Of a stretch of DNA of 42,739 bases, positions 35,190-42,739 are shown piece after piece (position 1 is the stretch's first letter; every line of letters begins with the position of its first letter). The stretch is taken from assembly GCF_004010195.1 (NCBI RefSeq), contig NC_057719.1:15014269-15057007 (forward strand), written 5' to 3'. Both the position numbers and the translations under genes were made by a program. The notes beneath the pieces were generated by a model. It ran no database searches and had not been told where the DNA came from. It worked only from the letters and a program-made list of their open reading frames with translations. The DNA comes from Chiloscyllium plagiosum (taxonomy: Eukaryota).

Positions 35190-37945
35190 GGATACAAAGT
35201 CCCCTAGTATGAACTGGGAAGCCATGGATCTTCTATATGAGTTCAATGTTTTTAAACAAAGGATTCTGTTATTTTTCAGAGACCAAGCAGTGGCAGGCCA
35301 GTTGAGGTCTTCATGAAGATTCTGATATCTGTTGGTAATGAGGGATTACACAGAGTCAGGCTTATCTGAAGATCCATAAATACCTAGAAAATGTTAAAAG
35401 AGCAACTGCATGCAAGAGTTCACTTTAAAATTAATTGCTTTGAATTGGTGCCATATAAATAAATGCCAGAGGAATCAGTAGATTAATTTGTCAGTAGATG
35501 CTGCAGCAAGGGCAAAGTATATGGCTGTTCAGAGGCTGATCTGTCAGAGCAGATAATGGAGTTAGTGAGTACCTCAACACCTATTGAAAAAGACCTCTTG
35601 GGATATAAAGAATGGTCGCCACATTGATTCACTGCAAATAGACGGCACAAGTATTGAATTTACTGTAGCTGGATAGCAACACTGCCAATCATTAGGCATA
35701 GCAAACAGCATTAACACTGTAATCAGGACACAAAAAGACAGAGGTAGTCTATCACACCCAATATAAAACTGTCCTGAATTCCAAGGTCTGTGCATGGCAA
35801 GCAGTATTAAAAGGCTCACTCAAAAAGGAAATCTGGCATCAGGGTATAACAGAGGACAACCAAATAGATTATAGATGCAGTAGAACAGCAACAACAGCAA
35901 GGAGTGCACCAGAAATTAAGCACAAACTAATACATGATGATCACAGCAATGCAGAAGCAAGTCAAGACCAGGAGTGGAACAACTTCCAATCAGAGGACAA
36001 ACAGGATTTCCACATGGTGAGTGGACCAAATCAACCAACCAGAAGCTTTTGCCACAATCAATGCTATTAGCCCAAAGAAAACTGACAAAAACACATACAA
36101 TACATGAGATCTAGTACACATATCCCACCAGTCTGTATCCGAAGAGACATGCAGCAGGATCATTGGAACTCATGGGGCAACTGACAATAATACGACTGAC
36201 AACCACTAAATTGTCTGCACTGATTGTGAGCTAATGCATTATATTACTACACCAACAATGTATTGCAGCTAAGAGTATGTACAGTTCTGAACATTGTAAC
36301 TACCCGTAAGATCAACAGGACATCTCTTGTTAGCTTAAGAGACCAAGAATACAGAGATTGATTCAATCCCAGATAGAACAATTGTACTCGGACAGATCTG
36401 ACGCCATAGGAAATTTCAAAGACGATGGCATATTGCACCTCAAAGAAGATGCGATTCCATCAAGCAACTTTTCCAGGAAGTGCACCATTCGCAATCAAAG
36501 AAAGTTTAACTGCAAGCTGGGTGGTATCTGATGCCTTGTCATAATCTGCCAGGTCGGTCAACTCAAGTTAGTGTAGATCAATTATGTCTGTACTAAAGAA
36601 AGATCTTGCAGTCAGGATGTGGCTAGATAAAAAATATCTAAACCTCTCCCTAACTGTACAAGATTCTAACGCTAGAGGAGTTCAATCCCAAGTTCACAGG
36701 AGCTAGGTTCTTCTTTAGTTTGGACACCAAACATGGATATTAATCGGTATACTTAGTGAACAACTATCAGGAAGTCACTACCTTCAGATCGCCTTTTGGA
36801 TAATATTGTTTCCAAAGATGACCATTTAGTTTATCTAGCAGATAAATCTGTCAAGATCTGTTTCAGCATCTTATGGACTGGATTACAGAACATACATGGT
36901 TAATGCTCATGGTATTATGGTAATGGACAACACCAAAGAAGAGCATGATTTGAACCAGCACTCACCAATAGCAATAGCTCATCACAAAAGGCTCATGGTC
37001 AACAGCAAAAGGTACCAGGTGAATATACTTCAGGTCAGTTTTTTTTGGAGCTTTCAGTCTGGTTATGGAATCCATCCTGACTCAAGCAGAGTTGCAGATG
37101 TGCCACAAATGCTAACCCCACAATGGGGAAAGACCTACACAGATGCCTTGCATTATTCAACGTCTTGACACCTTTAATTTTGAACTTTTCCAGGAAAGTA
37201 TCATCATCGGGCTAGCTCCGATGAAGTACCACAGGTATGGGAGAAAAACTGTCAACATGTGTCTGAGCCTTACAAACACTGACAGCACTCCACAGCACTA
37301 CAACCCAAGGAAGAGAAAGATTTTCCTTTGCAGAGAGAACCTAGGAAGTGCAAGATGGAAAATGGCAAACCAATTGCATTTTGATCCAAATGTCTATTGC
37401 AAAAGCAATCCTATTATACTAACATAGTGCATGAAACACCCGCTCTTGTATTCAATATCAACTTGGTGAGCAATTCATTGTGGAAACTATTCACAAGCCA
37501 TTGGAAATAATTTGGCACAAACCAGTGACAAGTGTACCACCCAGACTAAAAGGATGTGACTTCAATATCTCCTAGAAACCTGACACCAAAATGATCACCT
37601 CGGATACATTGAGCAGTTTACTCAACACAAACAAGGATGCAGATGTTCCATTGGATCTACAAGTTGACAGTGTGGTGGGCAATGGCTCAAAATTAATTTG
37701 TTGCATTTTTTCAGCATATGTGCCATTGTCTTCAATCAGAAACAACCAACAAATGAAAGCACTGTGGAGAAATTCGATCCAATAAAAGAGGTGCTAGACA
37801 CTCTCTTAGCCTTATTGCGATGAGCTCAGTACCTCAAGAAGAGTTATCTTCTAAGGAAAGTAAGTACCTGTTCCTGAGTCTCTCCACCAGGACACATTAC
37901 TGCATCTACACCAAGGACCTAGAGGTATAGAGTGTATGAGCCAAC
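35190..37945 (+). mobile_element. Degenerate Ty3/Gypsy internal region (gag, RT, RNase H, start of integrase)
   Basis: PSMNWEAMDLLYEFNVFKQR (gag); GARFFFSLDTKHGY and TTFRSPFG*YCFQR*PFSL (RT); KPIAF...YYTNIVHETPALVF and HKPLEIIWHKPVTSVPPRL (RNase H); VPESLHQDTLLHLHQGPRGIE (integrase HHCC); many stops. Confidence 0.85.
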
Positions 37946-38149
37946 TAGCCTTTGGGAAAAGTTAGTTTTAGTTTTGTCTTTCTTGTACAAAGGTAGGCTC
38001 CAATCAGGAAGACTGTGATTGTGTTCCGCTGCTGTCTCCCTTTAAAAATGGTGGCAGCAGACCCATTTGTGCCAGCTGGCTTTGTGGCTGGCACTGCTGT
38101 GCCCATCTCCTTCTCTGGAATGGTTGGCCTGATTGCCCGTTGACGGTTA

Positions 38150-38750
38150 ATTGATTGAGATGGTAGTGCCATCTGGAATCAAGTTGTTAGTGTTGTGCCA
38201 TCCACTTTTAGCGCCAGCTGCCAAACCTCAGCTCTGCTCATTAAAAACCTAGTCAAGCATTGGATCACCTTGCACAATCTTCAATGGTTCATCATGACAT
38301 TTTGCCATTCTAATGGTTCCTTCTCAGCCAATCTCTCTGGCACTAAAAATGTAATGGATATTGAAAAAGGCAAGACATTTTGCTCAATGTATATCCTATA
38401 AAGAAGTTAAATGTCACAGGGGTTAAGTTTCATCTTTGGGTCTAAGCCAGTTCCCACCCACTCAGAAAGTCAAGTGCAAAGAATGCTCACTTCCTTAGGG
38501 TAGGCTTATTTGCATAATCAGTCTTGGAACTTGGTGTCAAGTTGGATCTGTCTTGGGTAAGTTATGGGGCGGGGGTGGATTTTAGTTTCTGTTGTGCGTG
38601 CTTTTGGGTGGAGTTGAAGTGGAAAATGCCTCAAAATGTAGCAGAAATAAATTCTGTCTGATTTCGATCTATTTCTGGATACACACACTCTCCTGAAGAG
38701 CTTGTGGTAGGCAGTGGAGACTCTCATCCAAACATGGTGGTAGTTTCAGG
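38150..38750 (-). mobile_element. Possible degenerate LTR-retrotransposon gag/protease fragment
   Basis: Weak motifs WQLALKVDGTTLTT (protease N-terminus-like) and YPKEVSILCT (decayed zinc knuckle). Confidence 0.35.
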
Positions 38751-39289
38751 AATATATTCAAAGCAGTGTGAAATCATAAGAGTGGCTACACAAATCTATT
38801 CCCTTTTACATTTCTGCATGACTGCTTACTGATTCTGCTCAAAACATCGGAGAGTTGATTTTAACATAACAACAATGAGTACATTGAGTTCATGGGCTGT
38901 AAAATGTCCTGATATCATAAGAGGTGATTATATTAAATGTAAGACTGCCAAATATTTCTTTTCTTTTAATACAATTCAAACAGCAAATTGAAAAGGGCTT
39001 CTTTTACATAATGTTTTAAAGATCGCAGCTAAATGTTGTAACTATTTTTTGTGATGAGTTGCTATACTGACAACTGTAGGCTTCTAAATGTGAAAGGGGT
39101 TTAGAAGACAGAGTCCCGGTGAGACCACCATAGCCGACATTACCCCTTCGTATTATGGAATTCCTTCTCAGAACTCCTCGGCCCATTGTCCGCTCGAAGG
39201 AGAAGGAATATGGAAAGAAACAAGGATGCTGCTCATAGTTCAAGACACAGGAGAAGGTTTACTCACACCCAGACTTACCCTCTCCTAGC

Positions 39290-40000
39290 CAAGTGCACAG
39301 GCTGTGCCAAACATTCCTGCACTTTCACTGAGAAGCATGAGGAGACTGTGGCTCTCCAGGGAGCCAATGAAAAATGTATATTGTCTGCACTGCCAGCCTC
39401 TGAGGCAATCGCTGCACTGCCTAATGCAGGAAAGGTCATTGCAACTCTTGAACTGTTTTGTTCCAGTGGCTCCTTTCAGACTGCAAAGGGGGACCTAAGT
39501 GATGTTAGCCAATCTGCAGACCATACAAGAATCCAGCAGATCAGTTTATCAGAGTTAATGCCTTCCACTGTTTTCCATGCAGACGGCCAGGAACAACAGG
39601 GGAGACCTGTTACTGCTCAAAAATCCAGTCTTTACAAATTGCATAGATTTTGACTTCATGATTTGAAACAATTTGTGCTCTATCCGTTCTGTGATTATCT
39701 GTAGATCACATCTGCCATGAATGCAGTTCACCACAGGCTAAGATGCTGTAAAAGTCTTCTGTTTCCTAAAGGAAACAAAGTACAAGTAAGGTCTCTGCAG
39801 GTGGCCTTACGACAACTTTGCGATAAGCACGTGCACCTCCTGAAGAGATATGCAAATATGCTCAGTGCTTCGAAAAAGGACCACGACTGAGCCCATTAGG
39901 AATCTCATACGTATGACAGAAATCTGCAGGAGTGGGGCCTTCGTACATTACAATTTATCCAAACTGTCATATATCCTTGAGGTTCACTGCTGAATAGGTT
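39290..40000 (+). pseudogene. PIF/Harbinger (HARBI1-like) transposase relic
   Basis: MRRLWLSRE and ALPNAGKVIATLELFCSSGSFQTAKGDLSDVSQSADHTRIQQI (~ALPVAVKVTAALNFFASGSFQ...GD..GISQSA.H.CI); RSGAFVHYNLSKLSYILEVHC near 39930-39990. Confidence 0.75.
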
Positions 40001-40142
40001 TACAGTACTGTGTAATGAAGGATACCAATGGATCTGACAGAGAACTCATAGAAAGATGTGACTGTGTTACATTCAGTTCCCTAGGTGGAGTTCCTAAATT
40101 ATTATAGTTCAAAACGGGATCCAGAAAATTGGCAAGCTCCAG

Positions 40143-40550
40143 CTAATCCTAACCCTAACCCTAACTCTGACCCTATCACTAACCCTGATCCAAATCTTAA
40201 TGCTAACTCTACCCTAATCCTAAATGTAATGCTAAACCTAACCCTATCCTTAACCCTCACCTTAACCTTAATGTTAACCCTCACCCTAACCCTAACCTTA
40301 ACCCTAAATGAACTCTAACCCTAACCTTAACCCAGACCCTAACTTTAATGCTAACCCTGATCCTATTCCTAACACTAACCCCAAGCCAACTCTAACTCTA
40401 ACCCTGACCTTAATCCTAACCCTAACTGTGACACTAACCCTCACTCCACCCCTAGCCCTAACTCTGATCTAAACTATAATCCTGACCCTAATACTAGCCA
40501 TAAACCGAATCCTAATCCTAAATCTAACTATAACCCTAATCATAACCTGA
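40143..40550. repeat. Degenerate interstitial telomere-like array (CCCTAA)n, ~68 hexamers
   Basis: 6-bp periodic ccctaa/ctctaa/tcctaa/ccctga/ccttaa variants. Confidence 0.9.
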
Positions 40551-41222
40551 TGTTCCGGTTCCCCTTCATTATTTGCCTACCTCCTTGATTGGTTGTATCA
40601 GAACCAACTTCCAAAGGATTCTCCACTTCTGGATATCTTTTGCCCACATTAAATGGCTTTGTGTTTTAAAAGGAGTCCATTTATCCAGGCTTTTTTGACT
40701 TAATAAAGGTTGAGTTTATTAATTACTGAATGTGAGAAGTTATAATAACACCATACACATGTATACAGATTACAAATAAGAAGTGAGTTAAAAGATACAT
40801 ATTAGTTAAATTAATCACTACAGGTAACTTGCGAAGATTTGTGAAGTAATTTGTATAGGCATTTTTCTCTGCCCAATAGCACACATAGCACACAAACGGC
40901 TCACTAGTTTTTAATCCCTGTTTTTTTGCATTCCTGAAACGGGGAGATACAAACCTTGTCAATCCTTTTTCTCCCATCATGTTCAAAGTCTGAGATAACT
41001 CCCAGGCAATTACAGTTTTGCTGCAGTGCATTTCTTCCTAACACATCCATCACTGTGAAGCTTCCAGGACAACTCATCATTCCAGAACACTCTACGATCT
41101 CTCTCTTCAGACAGCCACTGAATTTACGTAAGCAGGTGTAAGTTCTTTATCATAAACAAAAGCATATAATTGAAAATTCAGTATGTCAGTAAGTACATTG
41201 GGATTCCAAAGTCCTGATGACA
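40551..41222 (-). mobile_element. Putative 3' LTR (672 bp) of the adjacent Gypsy element
   Basis: Minus strand starts TGTCA right after a purine tract (ggggaaag) and ends GAACA; AATAAA at ~40715. Confidence 0.6.
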
Positions 41223-41990
41223 CTTTCCCCACAAGATGAATAAAATGACATACATTCTCATTTCATTACAAAAGGAGGAAATCAAAATCAAAATATGAAC
41301 TTAAAACAACAAATTTACACACATTCATTCCTCCAACCTTGGTCAATTACATCTCCTCAGCACTATCTGTAACATCTGTCGGCTCTGGATGTTTGAGATA
41401 AAGTTCTGTTTCCTGGGATTAGGGTTAATTTTTAAGTGGTGCAGTTGAAGGATCAGGCTCCAACATAATAACCTGGTATTCTGGGTCTTAAATTTCTCTG
41501 CAAATGTTAATGAGTTGCATTCAGTATAGACAGTGGTCTCTTTGTATCCATTTCGGGCACATATCCCAAAGTGTTTGAGATGAAAATCAAACTCAGTGTT
41601 TCATTCTTTATTGTGGAGCACCGTCTCTGATGCTTTTATAGCTTTATTTGGAGGGGTACCCGATTGATCTCTCTATTCTGGAGTCACCTTCCTGAATGAA
41701 ATCAGCCTTTATCCCATTGTTGCTCGTGTCAGTGGTTACTTTAAATGACTGTGTAAAGCTTGGAGCTGCCAGCATAGGATCACTGACAAAAATGGCCTTC
41801 AGCATTTCAACAGCTGTCTGGAATTTCTCAGTCTGTGCTAGCTTTGCTCTTTTTCCCCCCTTTTGTAGGTCTGGCAGTGACACAGCTGCTGTGCTGATGT
41901 TCGGGGAAACCTTTTGTGGAAAGCAAGACCCCTCGAGAACCTCACAATTTCCCATTTTGTTGTGAGAATCCAGAAGCATGCTGCCACTTA
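41223..41990 (-). mobile_element. Gypsy-type RT tether/RNase H remnant, directly followed by PPT and LTR
   Basis: FQTAVEMLKAIFVSDPMLAAPSFTQSFKVTTDTSNNGI...IGYPSK; VYTECNSLTFAEKFKTQNTRLLCWSLILQ...RKQNFISNIQSR. Confidence 0.85.
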
Positions 41991-42087
41991 TACTCAGCAG
42001 TCCTACCCTATACTGAAGCTACCGTGCTCTAAGGAAGCTTGCTCCACCCTGCAGCTATAACACGACACTAGGTTGGATAACAGTGTG

Positions 42088-42135
42088 TAGATTAGAGTGG
42101 TGCTGGAAAAGCACAGCAGTTCAGGCAGCATCCAA
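42088..42135 (-). mobile_element. 48-bp internal pLTR fragment between 13-bp direct repeats
   Basis: GGATAACAGTGTG at 42075-42087 and 42136-42148; insert matches 30370-30414. Confidence 0.75.
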
Positions 42136-42217
42136 GGATAACAGTGTGGCATATATCTCTTGATGCAAGAAATCTCACTCACTGAAATTCCTAACTGGCT
42201 GGCAATTTCCACCATCC

Positions 42218-42342
42218 AGTCCTGAAGAAAGGTTACACCCAAAACGTCGACTTCTCCACCTCCTGATGCTGCCTGGCTTGCTGTGTTCTTCCAGCCTCCT
42301 GCCTGTCTACTTTGGATTCCAGCACCTGCAATGTTTTGTTGG
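42218..42342 (+). mobile_element. Solo PLE pLTR fragment (divergent subfamily)
   Basis: CTGAAGA-AAGGTTACACCC-AAAA-CGTCGA...tgatgctgcctggcttgctgtg...ttccagcacctgca. Confidence 0.75.
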
Positions 42343-42379
42343 ACTCTAACCTAGCTTCCGCCATCTTGGCAATGCTTTG

Positions 42380-42482
42380 GAAATGAACATGCGGGAGTAA
42401 GGCCATTCAACTCCTTCAGTCTCCTCTACCCCCATTCAGTCAGGATGTGGCTGATCTGATTGCAATCTTAAATCTGCATTCT
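42380..42482 (-). mobile_element. CR1 3' tail fragment
   Basis: ggagtaaggccattcaa...ccattcagtcaggatgtggctgatct, similar to 30735-30800. Confidence 0.6.
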
Positions 42483-42639
42483 AGTGATTCAAGATGGCAC
42501 CAGCGCATGGCGCCTCTTTGCCAGCTCTCTACAGCAGATACAGCAGAACCTGAGCTGTATACCAGAGGTGAGAGTTGATGCAGATGAGGCAATAGCAAGA
42601 GGTAGACCAGCTGGTGGGAAGGATTTTCCTGGGAAGGAA

Positions 42640-42739
42640 CCAAGGGGTCAGTTAAAGTGTGTTTGCTTTAATGCAAGGAGTATCAGAAATAAAAGTGATG
42701 AACTTAGAGCATGGATCAGTACCTGGTGCTATGATGTTG
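42640..42739 (+). mobile_element. CR1 ORF2 N-terminus (AP-endonuclease domain), runs off the window
   Basis: LKCVCFNARSIRNKSDELRAWISTWCYDV. Confidence 0.85.

Noticed and set aside
39279..39420. Apparent minus-strand exon (AG...GTAAGT) with one open frame
   Set aside because: It lies antisense to a recognisable Harbinger transposase relic; the peptide is unrecognisable.
39186..39653. 155-aa ORF as a host HARBI1 gene
   Set aside because: Transposase motifs are spread over different frames and decayed; no intact DDE domain.
40085..40318. NP/LT-repeat ORFs
   Set aside because: Translations of the telomere-like hexamer.

Overview
Repeat-dense, apparently gene-free vertebrate DNA (intergenic or a large intron). 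The HE1-type V-SINEs and CR1 LINEs point to an elasmobranch (shark or ray); this is an inference. I recognised no host protein-coding exon, and nearly all ORFs in the track are spurious or transposon-derived. The window holds CR1/L2-group and Rex1 LINE fragments, several tRNA-derived SINE families (HE1, a DeuSINE-like element and others), degenerate Gypsy LTR elements (one with Gmr1-like domain order), Harbinger relics, a TA-flanked MITE, a ~410-bp degenerate interstitial telomeric array and an 82-N gap. The most notable signal is about 15 Penelope-like (PLE) pieces from at least three families. Most are non-coding and 50-450 bp long, with 13-15-bp target-site duplications (TSDs). They carry minimal hammerhead-ribozyme motifs (CTGANGA-stem II-GAAA-palindromic ACGT/AGCT), and many are fold-back palindromes whose truncation or inversion point lies at the ribozyme core. 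Two repeat-free blocks (~21.8-22.5 kb and ~23.8-24.7 kb) look like candidate conserved non-coding elements. Family names come from motif recognition, not database searches. Boundaries without a TSD are approximate.
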